Source: Felis catus
Taxonomy: Eukaryota
DNA length: 64,000 nucleotides
Direction: 5' to 3'
NCBI RefSeq assembly: GCF_018350175.1
Contig: NC_058368.1
Span: forward strand, 13,580,001 to 13,644,000
Made by a program: the position numbers and the translations under genes. This document shows, piece by piece, positions 13,023 to 25,130 of the stretch. How positions within the stretch are numbered: position 1 is the stretch's first letter; each line of letters begins with the position of its first letter. Under the pieces are notes generated by a model that worked only from the letters and a program-made list of their open reading frames with translations, was not told the origin of the DNA and made no database searches.

Positions 13023-13869
13023 CAGTAAAACCTTGGTCTGCAAGCATAATTCGTTCCAGAAACATGCTTGTAATCCAAAGCACTTGTATATCAAAGTGAA
13101 TTTCCTCACAAGAAATAATGGAGACTCACATAATTCATTCCACAACCCAAAAATATTCATATAAAAATAATTGCAAAACTGTAATATAATGCAAAGCAAT
13201 AAAGGAAATACAAAATATAAAGAAAAATAAACAAATTAACCTGCACTTACCTTTGAAAACCTTCATGACTGGTGTGTGGGAGACAAGAGAGAGGAGAGTT
13301 ATTGTGTAGGATGACTTTCACTATCACTAACAGAATCACTGCTATCTATTGGTTCAGTGGAATCCTTTTTTCTACATGGGGGCCATTGTATATGCTCGCA
13401 CAGATTTTAACTCCAGCACAGTATTAATAAACTCTTGCCAGGTACTGTATGTAATGTAACTGGCAATAAGGCAGCAGAGGAAAGGGCCTATACATGCAGG
13501 CAGCCTGACCTAGAATGAAGCAAAACATTCCTAAGCTTACTCTTGTATGGAAAAGCAAAGGACTGTCCACACGTGCTTTGAAGTGACAAAAAATACCCTA
13601 GTGCCAGTTGTGGGCACCTTCCAATGTTCCGAAAAGTCACTGATTTCTGCCAACCACCTCATTCCTGAGACTGGGCACCTGAGCATGGGAGATGATCCCC
13701 CACAATCCCGCAGCAAGAAAGAGAAGAACCATTGGTTCAGTTGTGATCACATGACATTCGGCGTTATGTACTACTTGTATTGCAAGACGTCGCTCGTTTA
13801 TCAAATTAAAATTTATTAGAGATGTTGGAACACTCACAGAACAAGTTACTCAAATCCAAGGTTTTACTG
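13023..13869 (-). mobile_element. Tigger/pogo-type non-autonomous DNA transposon, 847 bp
   Basis: Perfect 14-bp TIRs CAGTAAAACCTTGG (13023-13036) and CCAAGGTTTTACTG (13856-13869); TA on the right and CA (likely mutated TA) on the left; orientation inferred from the putative transposase remnant. Confidence 0.85.
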
Positions 13870-15829
13870 TATTTGCAATCAGTATGTGTGACACTACATT
13901 CGTATCTGTAACCCCTAAAGAATCCCTACACAGTGACAAAAATCCAAGAGCCCAAAATTTAAGTAACAGAAGTCTTGCTTAAGTATTTCAGAAAAGATGA
14001 TATCCAAACGTTATTAAGCATTTAAAAAGGTGCTCAATGTCACTAGTTATCAGAGGCATTGAATTAAAACAATAATAACATAGAACCACTAGAATGGCAA
14101 AAAACGAAAAAGACAATAAATACAAAATGTTACAAGGATAAGGGAAAACTGGAATCATCAGTGCATTTAAATGGTTCCAATGAATTTAGAAAACTGGCAA
14201 GCTCTTCTGAAACTCAACACATACAATCTCCATTACCCAGAAATTCTACTTTTAGGTATAAACTCCACAGAAGTACACACCAGCAGACATGCAAGGAATG
14301 ATTATAGCAACATTATTTGTAATAGCCAAAAAATAGGAAAGTGCAAATGTCCTGCACTTCATTTGCTCTGCTGGAGCAGACTCTTGTTTCCACATCTGTT
14401 TGCATCCCGCTCCATCCCCATCCCCATGAAACAATGATTATCAGCTAGTCAGAGATGCTATGCTGAACAAAGAGATATAGGATGGATTCATCAGAAGAGA
14501 TCTAAGTTGTCTAAATGAAAGGCCAAAATTAAAAGCCTCTTTCAACACACATATCCTCCTGACCAGCTATTGAGCCATCTAGCAATCTAGCTGAGGGAAC
14601 CTGTGGATGAGACTGAGAGACAAGGGCTCTACATCTCTAAAGAACTGATGTGTATCTATGAACAGTTTACCTGGGAAATGTGGCTTTCCAGTGATAATTA
14701 CACAGTAGATAGCAGATATATTTACCAAGCATTTCTACAATAAGCATGCAAATTATAGGAGATACATTGTCAATTACTCAGTTTATTAATAATGGAAGTT
14801 AATGAATATAAGAAAAAAAAGAAAATTCAAATTGTAATATGTAAAGAAGCAAATTTTTTTTCTTTTTATTCTATCTAGACCATAGCACACCCTATAGTTA
14901 TTTGGAAAAAAGGTTTAATGCATAGACACATTATTACACATTGATATGATGTTCCAAATGTCTTATTTTTAAAATCCAACTGAATAACATTTCTCAAATA
15001 CAAGCTTCTCTCCCCACTTTACTTTTGCTCAGCACCTACTGGATTCATAGTCTACAAAGAGAGAGGCATGCATACCCCCTCCCTCTTTAGCTACACGAGT
15101 CCACTCAGAAGCATAGAAAGGGTCCCAAATCACCCACAGTGGCTGAACTTAGAATTCAGACAAAGTTTTCCTATATCCCCTGCAACTCTCAAAAGCATAT
15201 TCCCAAATGCACACGGATGATGACCCAGAAAGTGATTCCTGATTCTCTTCAACCAGGAGATGGCTTAAGTTGTCTTCCATCAGTCCGAAGGGGAACGACC
15301 TTTGCGCAGGGAGATAGGGGGTAACGTTCCAAAAGAGGGCTAAAACATTGACTCACATGCATCAGGGACTTGGTGAAATCACAATGAATTATACCTTCTT
15401 CAAACCTTCGTTCCACTCTTTCCAATTATGGAAACTTGGGTAAGGAAATTCCTAAATTTCGGGGATTCACATCTGTCCAAAGGGGACAAAAAGTCTTGCC
15501 TTGAGAGGTTTCTGTGGAAATTAAATGCAACAACTCACAGAAAATATTTAGCCTGGCAGGGCCTGATACAGAGTAGGCATTGAATGACTATTAGGAATAT
15601 TATCTTTATTGGTTCTGTTGTTGTTGTGATCACAGTAAGGATTAATATTATTGTATGATCTCAGACACCTAAAGGTAATTTCCATAGTAACGCACAGCAG
15701 TATTGTTCAATATCCTTCTGGAAAGAAATAGGTCTCCTGTATTCGATAGCTTTTCGTACTTATTTATTAACTCACTGTGAATTTGTTTTGTTTCTCTTTT
15801 TACAATGTCCATCGGATCAGAAACACATT

Positions 15830-15960
15830 TTGAATGAAAAACAGTAATGATAATCAACATGTACTAAGTGAGCCAAACATACGTCTAAGGGCTTTCCAAG
15901 CATTATCTCACAACCTCCTCATGATACAGGTACTTGTGTTATCCCCACATGATAAATTCA
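15830..15960 (-). mobile_element. MIR fragment
   Basis: taagggctttccaagcattatctcacaacctc...ttatcccca pattern. Confidence 0.5.
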
Positions 15961-16099
15961 CTAAAAGAGTTCCACTTTATTTCTTCTATCTTACCGCCCA
16001 GACCGAGGTTTGTTGCTTGGCCTCCAGGAGTGAAAATCCTTTTATATTGCTCTGCTGGTGGTATGCACGAGGTACATGGATGACCCCAAGAAGGGGGTG

Positions 16100-16790
16100 C
16101 CGGGCAGTGACTGTAGAGGTCAATGAACGAGTCCTACAGGACAGGAACCAGGTCTTAAAGCATGAGTGAAGGGCAAGCAGAGCCAAATCAGAATAGGCCA
16201 GAGAAGCACAGTTTCTGTGAAGACTGGAAATACTGCAGGGCCTGGAGGTGAGGACGTAAGGAAGAGGGGAAAGGCAGGCTCGGAGGTAAAGGGGCAGCTG
16301 GGGCCAACTGTGAAAGACCAGCACACCCAATGGCAGTGCTTGGACTTGACATCATAGCGATTGTGGCAATGGGGAACACTGGAAGGATTTGAGCGGGGTT
16401 TTACGTGACCCTCTCCCATACACTTCCTCTAAGATAGGCCATCAGAGGCACTGTGGACATTTGTAATACTGGACACCAACATATACCGAATACAGAATAT
16501 ATGAAATATAGATCACATGAAAGATGAAAAGCTCTTGCATGTCAGTGGTAGTGGAGCTGGAAAAATGAGACAGATCTAGAGAGAGGAGGTCAAATGGGCA
16601 AGGTTTAGTGGCTGATGGGATGTGGCTGGTGAACAGCAGGGGTGAAACCAACAAGATTCCCAGTCTCAGGGACGAAATGAATGGTGATGAGGATAAACAA
16701 AATGAGAACACAGGAGAGGAAATAGATTTTTTTCTTTTTGTTAATGAGGCAGATAATCGTTTCAGTCTTGGGCATGTTGGGAGGGAGAGA
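16100..16790 (-). mobile_element. L2 fragment
   Basis: ggcaatggggaacactggaaggattttgagc...ttcagtcttgggcatgttg, typical of antisense L2. Confidence 0.6.
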
Positions 16791-16819
16791 GAAATCATAA
16801 GAATTTGCACAATTCCTAA

Positions 16820-17250
16820 TTACCAGGTTGGCAAATACTTAAAGATAAAAAACGATGCGGAGGGGCTCCCAATAGGACTGTAGAAGAGTCTCCTGGTGGT
16901 TGGAACCTTGCCTTGGTTTAGACAGCCTTGGGTGTGTGGCCACTGCCACACAAAAGCCACACAAGGCTGTGTAGAATTGTGGGTAAAATGTTAAATGCTT
17001 ACACTTGTCAACTACAAAATCCTACTTCTGGGAATTTCACAAAGGCAAATAATCAGGAGGGCTCAGGATATGTGAACAAGAAGCTCCCTGCAGCATTGTT
17101 TGTAGCAGCAAAAACTGGAATTAAGTGTTCAAAAATAAGACACAAGTCATGGCACAACTACAAGGTAGAATACTACACAGCCAGTAAAATGATATATGGT
17201 CATGTCTATTTACATGGAGAGACGCCCGCCATTTTGAGGAAAAGGCAGGC
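16820..17250 (+). mobile_element. Old L1ME-type fragment
   Basis: aatcctacttctgggaattt...gcagcattgtttgtagcagcaaaaactgg...gaatactacacagcc. Confidence 0.55.
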
Positions 17251-17660
17251 TTCTCATCCACGTAAGATAAGTGCTATCTCACTCATTCACATGCTGCCTC
17301 CCTGACCAGTGTTCTCTGAGCCTACCTCCCACGTCACTGTAATTTCACTCCATTTATATCCTTATTATTCATCAGGCTTCTTAATCATCATGAGCATCTG
17401 TATACCTACTATCAAATAGCAACCTTGTGGGAATCATGGTGACATTTAAATGAGGCAATTTGTAGTAAATGAGATCGTACCTCAATATGTGATACGCCTG
17501 ATGCAAAATAAGTACTGAATAATTGCCAACTGTAATTATTCTTATTCTCTCTTCCTAATAACTCTATGCTAAGTATTTGTTTTTCTCTTCCTAATATCAC
17601 TTTGAGAAACCCCAAAGTCCCTTGTAAATAGTAGGTAACACTTGTGGTTATAATGAAATA

Positions 17661-18587
17661 GGAAGCAGCAAGATGGCGGCTTAGGAGGACGCTGGGCTCA
17701 CCGCGCGTCCTGCTGATCACTTAGATTCCACCTACACCTGCCTAAATAACCCAGAAAACCGCCAGAGGATTAGCAGAACGGAGTCGCCGGAGCCAAACGC
17801 AGACGAGAGGCCCACGGAAGAGGGTAGGAAGGGCTGCGAGGCGGTGCGCGCTCCACGGACTGGCGGGAGGGAGCCGGGGCGGAGGGGCGGCTCGCCGGCC
17901 AAGCAGAGCCCCCGAGTCTGGCTGGCAAAAGCGGAGGGGCCTGACGGACTGTGTTCCCACAACAAGCGCGACTTAGCGTCTGGGAGGTCATAAGTTAAGA
18001 GCTCTGCTCGGAAAGCGGGAAGGCTGGAGGGCAAAGGGAGGGAGAGCTGCTGAGCCCCCTGACAACAGAGCTCAGTTTGGTGGGGAACAAAGGCGCTCAC
18101 CGGCGCCATCTCCCCCACCCATCCCCCAGCCAAAATCCCAAAGAGAACCAGTTCCTGCCAGGGAACTTGCTCACTCAGCGCAAACATCCAACTCTGTGCT
18201 TCTGCGGAGCCAAACCTCCGGCAGCGGATCTGACTCCCTCCCGCTGCCACAGGGCCCCTCCTGAAGAGGATCACCTAAGGAGAAGCGATCTAAGCCTGCC
18301 CCTCCCGCCCCCGTGCACCTTGCCTACCCACCCCAGCTAATACGCCAGATCCCCAGCATCACAAGCCTGGCAGTGTGCAAGTAGCCCAGACGGGCCATGC
18401 CACCCCACAGTGAATCCCGCCCCTAGGAGAGGGGAAGCGAAGGCACACACCAGTCTGACTGTGGCCCCAGCGGTGGGCTGGGGGCAGACATCAGGTCTGA
18501 CTGCGGCTCTGCCCACCAACTCCAGTTATACACCACAGCACAGGGGAAGTGCCCTGCAGGTCCTCACCACGCCAAGGACTATCCAAA
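17661..18587 (+). promoter_or_regulatory. L1 5' UTR internal promoter, CpG-rich
   Basis: YY1-type CAAGATGGCGGC at 17669-17680, GC boxes (ggggcgg), high CpG density versus the CpG-poor flanks. Confidence 0.85.
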
Positions 18588-19481
18588 ATGACCAAGCGGA
18601 AGAATTCCCCTCAGAAGAATCTCCAGGAAATAACAACAGCTAATGAGCTGATCAAAAAGGATTTAAATAATATAACAGAAAGTGAATTTAGAATAATAGT
18701 CATAAAATTAATCGCTGGGCTTGAAAACAGTATACAGGACAGCAGAGAATCTCTTGCTACAGAGATCAAGGGACTAAGGAACAGTCACGAGGAGCTGAAA
18801 AATGCTTTAAACGAAATGCATAACAAAATGGAAACCACCACAGCTCGGCTTGAAGAGGCAGAGGAGAGAATAGGTGAACTAGAAGATAAAGTTATGGAAA
18901 AAGAGGAAGCTGAGAAAAAGAGAGATAAAAAAATCCAGGAGTATGAGGGGAAAATTAGAGAACTAAGTGATACACTAAAAAGAAATAATATACGCATAAT
19001 TGGTATCCCAGAGGAGGAAGAGAGAGGGAAAGGTGCTGAAGGGGTACTTGAAGAAATAATAGCTGAGAACTTCCCTGAACTGGGGAAGGAAAAAGGCATT
19101 GAAATCCAAGAGGCACAGAGAACTCCCTTCAGACGTAACTTGAATCGATCTTCTGCATGACATATCATAGTGAAACTGGCAAAATACAAGGATAAAGAGA
19201 AAATTCTGAAAGCAGCAAGGGGTAAACGTGCCCTCACATATAAAGGGAGACCTATAAGACTCGTGACTGATCTCTCTTTTGAAACTTGGCAGGCCAGAAA
19301 GAATTGGCAGGAGATTTTCAGGGTGCTAGACAGAAAAAATATGCAGCCGAGAATCCTTTATCCAGCAAGTCTGTCATTTAGAATAGAAGGAGAGATAAAG
19401 GTCTTCCCAAACAAACAAAAACTGAAGGAATTTGTCACCACTAAACCAGCCCTACAAGAGATCCTAAGGGGGACCCTGTGA
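18588..19481 (+). pseudogene. L1 ORF1p (RNA-binding chaperone), premature stop at 19158-19160
   Basis: MTKRKNSPQK... coiled coil, then RRNNIRIIGIPE-like RRM motif (KRNNIRIIGIPE) and YPASLSF CTD motif; the two listed ORFs (18549-19160, 19170-19481) share a frame, separated by TGA in RSSA*HIIVK. Confidence 0.95.
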
Positions 19482-19531
19482 GACAAAGTCCCAGAGACAT
19501 CACTACAAGCATAAAACATACAGACATCACA

Positions 19532-22500
19532 ATGACTCTAAACCCGTATCTTTCTATAATAACACTGAATGTAAATGGATTAAATGCGCCAACCAAAAGA
19601 CATAGGGTATCAGAATGGATAAAAAAACAAGACCCATCTATTTGCTGTCTACAAGAGACTCATTTTAGACCTGAGGACACCTTTAGATTGAGAGTGAGGG
19701 GATGGAGAACTATTTATCATGCGACTGGAAGCCAAAAGAAAGCTGGAGTAGCCATACTTATATCAGACAAACTAGACTTTAAAGTAAAGGCTGTAACAAG
19801 AGATGAAGAAGGACATTATATAATAGTTACAGGGTCTATCCATCAGGAAGAGCTAACAATTATAAACGTCTATGCGCCGAATACCGGAGCCCCCAAATAT
19901 ATAAAACAATTACTCATAAACATAAGCAACCTTATTGATAAGAATGTGGTAATTGCAGGGGACTTTAACACCCCACTTACAGAAATGGACAGATCATCTA
20001 GACACACGGTCAATAAAGAAACAAGGGCCCTGAATGAGACATTGGATCAGATGGACTTGACAGATATATTTAGAACTCTGCATCCCAAAGCAACAGAATA
20101 TACTTTCTTCTCGAGTGCACATGGAACATTCTCCAAGATAGATCATATACTGGGTCACAAAACAGCCCTTCATAAGTTTACAAGAATTGAAATTATACCA
20201 TGCATACTTTCAGACCACAATGCTATGAAGCTTGAAATCAACCACAGAAAAAAGTCTGGAAAACCTCCAAAGGCATGGAGGTTAAAGAACACCCTACTAA
20301 CGAATGAGTGGGTCAACCAGGCAATTAGAGAAGAAATTAAAAAATATATGGAAACAAACAAAAATGAAAATACAACAATCCAAACGCTTTGGGACGCAGC
20401 GAAGGCAGTCCTGAGAGGAAAATACATTGCAATCCAGGCCTATCTCAAGAAACAAGAAAAATCCCAAATAGAAAACCTAACAGCACACCTAAAGGAACTA
20501 GAAGCAGAACAGCAAAGGCAGCCTAAACCCAGCAGAAGAAGAGAAATAATAAAGATCAGAGCAGAAATAAACAATATAGAATCTAAAAAAACTGTAGAGC
20601 AGATCAACGAAACCAAGAGTTGGTTTTTTGAAAAAATAAACAAAATTGACAAACCTCTAGCCAGGCTTTTCAAAAAGAAAAGGGAAATGACCCAAATAGA
20701 TAAAATCATGAATGAAAATGGAATTATTACAACCAATCCCTCAGAGATACAAACAATTATCAGGGAATACTATGAAAAATTATATGCCAACAAATTGGAC
20801 AACCTGGAAGAAATGGACAAATTCCTGAACACCCACACTCTTCCAAAACTCAATCAGGAGGAAATAGAAAGCTTGAACAGACCCATAACCAGCGAAGAAA
20901 TTGAATCGGTTATCAAAAATCTCCCAACAAATAAGAGTCGAGGACCAGATGGCTTCCCAGGGGAGTTCTACCAGATGTTTAAAGCAGAGATAATACCTAT
21001 GCTTCTCAAGCTATTCCAAGAAATAGAAAGGGAAGGAAAACTTCCAGACTCATTCTATGAAGCCAGTATTACTTTGATTCCTAAACCAGACAGAGACCCA
21101 GTAAAAAAAGAGAACTACAGGCCAATATCCCTGATGAATATGGATGCAAAAATTCTCAATAAGATACTAGCAAATCGAATTCAATGGCATATAAAAAGAA
21201 TTCTTCACCATGATCAAGTGGGATTCATTCCTGGGATGCAGGGCTGGTTCAACATTCGCAAATCAATCAACGTGATACATCACATTAACAAAAAAAAAAG
21301 AGAAGAACCATATGATCCTGTCAATCGATGCAGAAAAGGCCTTTGACAAAATCCAGCACCCTTTCTTAATAAAAACCCTTGAGAAAGTCGGGATAGAAGG
21401 AACATACTTAAAGATCATAAAAACCATTTATGAAAAGCCCACAGCTAACATCATCCTCAACGGGGAAAAACTGAGAGCTTTTTCCCTGAGATCAGGAACA
21501 CGACAAGGATGCCCACTCTCACTGCTGCTGTTTAACATAGTGCTGGAAGTTCTAGCATCAGCAATCAGACAACAAAAGGAAATCAAAGGCATCAAAATTG
21601 GCAAAGATGAAGTCAAGCTTTCGCTTTTTGCAGATGACATGATATTATACATGGAAAATCCGATAGACTCCACCAAAAGTCTGCTAGAACTGATACAGGA
21701 ATTCAGCAAAGTTGCAGGATACAAAATCAATGTACAGAAATCAGTTGCATTCTTATACACTAACAATGAAGCAACAGAAAGACAAATAAAGAAACTGATC
21801 CCATTCACAATTGCACCAAGAAGCATAAAATACCTAGGAATAAATCTAACCAAAGATGTAAAGGATCTGTATGCTGAAAAGTATAGAAAGCTTATGAAGG
21901 AAATTGAAGAAGATTTAAAGAAATGGAAAGACATTCCCTGCTCATGGATTGGAAAAATAAATATTGTCAAAAGGTCAATACTACCCAAAGCTATCTACAC
22001 ATTCAATGCAATCCCAATCAAAATTGCACCAGCATTCTTCTCAAAACTAGAACAAGCAATCCTAAAATTCATATGGAACCACAAAAGGCCCCGAATAGCC
22101 AAAGGAATTTTGAAGAAGACCAAAGCAGGAGGCATCACAATCCCAGACTTTAGCCTCTACTACAAAGCTGTAATCATCAAGACAGCATGGTATTGGCACA
22201 AAAACAGACACGTAGACCAATGGAACAGAATAGAAACCCCAGAACTAGACCCACAAACGTATGGCCAACTCATCTTTGACAAAGCAGGAAAGAACATCCA
22301 ATGGAAAAAAGACAGCCTCTTTAACAAATGGTGCTGGGAGAACTGGACAGCAACATGCAGAAGGTTGAAACTAGACCACTTTCTCACACCATTCACAAAA
22401 ATAAACTCAAAATGGATAAAGGACCTAAATGTGAGACAGGAAACCATCGAAACCTTAGAGGAGAAAGCAGGAAAAGACCTCTCTGACCTCAGCCGTAGCA

Positions 22501-23354
22501 ATGTCTTACTCGACACATCCCCAAAGGCAAGGGAATTAAAAGCAAAAGTGAATTACTGGGACCTTATGAAGATAAAAAGCTTCTGCACAGCAAAGGAAAC
22601 AACCAACAAAACTAAAAGGCAACCAACGGAATGGGAAAAGATATTCGCAAACGACATATCGGACAAAGGGCTAGTATCCAAAATCTATAAAGAGCTCACC
22701 AAACTCCACACCCGAAAAACAAATAACCCAGTGAAGAAATGGGCAGAAAACATGAATAGACACTTCTCTAAAGAAGACATCCGGATGGCCAACAGGCACA
22801 TGAAAAGATGTTCAGCGTCGCTCCTTATCAGGGAAATACAAATCAAAACCACACTCAGGTATCACCTCACACCAGTCAGAGTGGCCAAAATGAACAAATC
22901 AGGAGACTACAGATGCTGGAGAGGATGTGGACAAACGGGAACCCTCTTGCACTGTAGCTGGGAATGCAAATTGGTGCAGCCGCTCTGGAAAGCAGTGTGG
23001 AGGTTCCTCAGAAAATTAAAAATAGACCTACCCTATGACCCAGCAATAGCACTGCTAGGAATTTACCCAAGGGATACAGGAGTACTGATGCATAGGGCCA
23101 CTTGTACCCCAATGTTCATAGCAGCACTCTCAACAATAGCCAAATTATGGAAAGAGCCTAAATGTCCATCAACTGATGAATGGATAAAGAAATTGTGGTT
23201 TATATACACAATGGAGTACTACGTGGCAATGAGAAAAAATGAAATATGGCCTTTTGTAGCAACGTGGATGGAACTGGAGAGTGTGATGCTAAGTGAAATA
23301 AGCCATACAGAGAAAGACAGATACCATATGGTTTCACTCTTATGTGGATCCTGA
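19532..23354 (+). pseudogene. L1 ORF2p (endonuclease / reverse transcriptase / Cys-rich), +1 frameshift at the A10 run 21290-21299
   Basis: EN motifs ([16 protein letters not shown]), Z domain, RT (YRPISL, QGCPLS, FADD), C-terminal CWRGC...HC; frame changes between HHINKK and NHMILSID. Confidence 0.96.
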
Positions 23355-23854
23355 GAAACTTAACAGGAACCCATGGGGGAGGGGAAGGAAAAAAAAAACA
23401 AACAGGTTAGAGTGGGAGAGAGCCAAAGCATAAGAGAGTGTTAAAAACTGAGAACAAACTGAGGGTTGATGGGGGGTGGGAGGGAGGAGAGGGTGGGTGA
23501 TGGGTATTGAGGAGGGCACCTTTTGGGATGAGCACTGGGTGTTGTATGGAAACCAATTTGTCAATAAATTTCATATAAAAAAAAAGAAAATAATGAAATA
23601 TACACCAACATTTAGGGAAAACCAGATTGTTAAGGTAACCAAGAAATGGTCTATTAAATTCCTTTTTATTATGAACATATTATTTATCATATATAAAATA
23701 TATATGTGATAAGCATATTAGTACTTTATTAAAAATAAGAGGAGTAATGGAGTTTTCCCTTATTTAAAAACTTGTAAGTTTGCCCATCCTTAAAAGAGGA
23801 TTTGGATATACTAACTTTTGCCTTGAAATTAATCTTTAAAATATTTTCTGTTGA

Positions 23855-24074
23855 GGGGTGCCTAGGTGGCTCAGTCCATTGAGCGTCTGACTTTAGTTCA
23901 GGTCATGATGTTACGATCCATGGGTTTAAGCCCCGTGTCAGGCTCTGGGCTGACAGCTCATAGCCTGGAGCCTGCTTTGGATTCTGTGTCCGCTCCCACC
24001 CCCACCCCTGTCCCTACCCACTCATGCTCTAACTCTCTCTGTCTCTCAAAAATAAATGAACATTAAAAAATTTT
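23855..24074 (+). mobile_element. Can-SINE
   Basis: Perfect 16-bp TSD aaatattttctgttga (23839-23854, 24075-24090). Confidence 0.95.
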
Positions 24075-24314
24075 AAATATTTTCTGTTGATAAAGAAAAA
24101 AACTTAATCAGACATTCTGGAAGGTTTGAAAAATACATGCCTATCTTCAAAGTTGATACCATTCTGATGGGTCACAGGGTGCTTTACTAGTGAATGTAAC
24201 ATGGTTTCTGAAGCAAATTAACATGGAACCACATACAGCCCATAATCTGCTACTTAATGGAAGTCTAAATATATTATGATTTTTTTAATTTCAAAAAAAC
24301 TAAAGAGGAATACA

Positions 24315-24317
<3 letters not shown>

Positions 24318-24360
<43 letters not shown>
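24318..24360 (+). repeat. (CA)n microsatellite
   Basis: Direct observation. Confidence 0.97.
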
Positions 24361-24361
<1 letters not shown>

Positions 24362-25084
24362 GCCCTCCTACACACATATAATTCATGCCATAAAAAAAAT
24401 ATTAGACAAAATATACAGGGTTCACCCCATCCTTTTAACACGCAGTGAGGTAGCCCAAGAATCACCAGGCTGGCTCAGCATCATCGGGACAGTTAGCTTC
24501 TCGGAGGACAAGAAAATGAAAGCATTTGAAAGCAACATTTGGGAATCTGAAAATTTCAAACTAAGTAGAATCTTTAGAAGCAGAAGTAGAATCTTTTCAC
24601 ACATACCTCCCTTCTCCCTTCTTCCTGGTAGCCTTAGAGCCAGTTATCTTCAGCTTCCATTTGAAATATTACATTGTTACGAAGTAATGGGAGTCAGAGC
24701 TGTGTAGCAATATGTGAGCCCATCAACTAACCATTTACCCGGGAAGGGGTGCGGCACCATGGGGCTCCTGCGCTAGCAAGAATACACGATAATCTTAATA
24801 AAAAACCTCTTACTCTTACATGTGGGGGAAAATTAGCTCTTCTATGTTAATTGTACTTTATTTACATGCCCTCAAATTGCTTATTTCACAGTATTTTTAA
24901 CAATATCCACTTAAAATTTTTTTTCAAATCATGTATTTTCCATACAGAAAAGGTCTTGTAATTTTCAATACAAAAAGATAAAATTAAGTAGGTTCCTGAA
25001 AGATGTTGGCCCAGAAAACAAAAAGTGCTAATAAGGCAAATAATGAGAAGTAAGCAATCATAAAGCAGGATATCAACTGATATC

Positions 25085-25085
<1 letters not shown>

Positions 25086-25129
<44 letters not shown>
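25086..25129 (+). repeat. (CA)n microsatellite
   Basis: Direct observation. Confidence 0.97.

Positions 25130-25130
<1 letters not shown>

Larger units (their letters stand above)
11850..14350 (+). mobile_element. Old, fragmented L1M-type LINE relic (host of the Tigger-type insertion)
   Basis: A-rich L1-like blocks (gaaggagaggagaaa, accacacctag, aaaatcaattccaagtggatt, ccagaaattctacttttaggtata); no intact ORF; sequence resumes across 13023-13869. Confidence 0.7.
17661..23589 (+). mobile_element. Full-length felid LINE-1 (~5.93 kb)
   Basis: 5' UTR, ORF1, ORF2, 3' UTR, AATAAA (23563-23568) and A tail; 11-bp TSD ATAATGAAATA at 17650-17660 and 23590-23600; TT/ATAA endonuclease-like site. Confidence 0.98.

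Noticed and set aside
19150..19175. Programmed stop-codon readthrough in ORF1
   Set aside because: The context TGA-CAT lacks the CTAG readthrough motif, and CpG decay of an Arg codon is the simpler explanation
19478..19531. Listed 622-aa ORF start at 19478 and 203-aa ORF start at 18549
   Set aside because: Both are GTG starts from the ORF caller; the true ATGs are 19532 (ORF2) and 18588 (ORF1)
18785..22516. Minus-strand ORFs of 85-186 aa inside L1 ORF1/ORF2
   Set aside because: Antisense shadows of the A-rich L1 coding strand; Ser/Phe/Leu-rich with no independent signal
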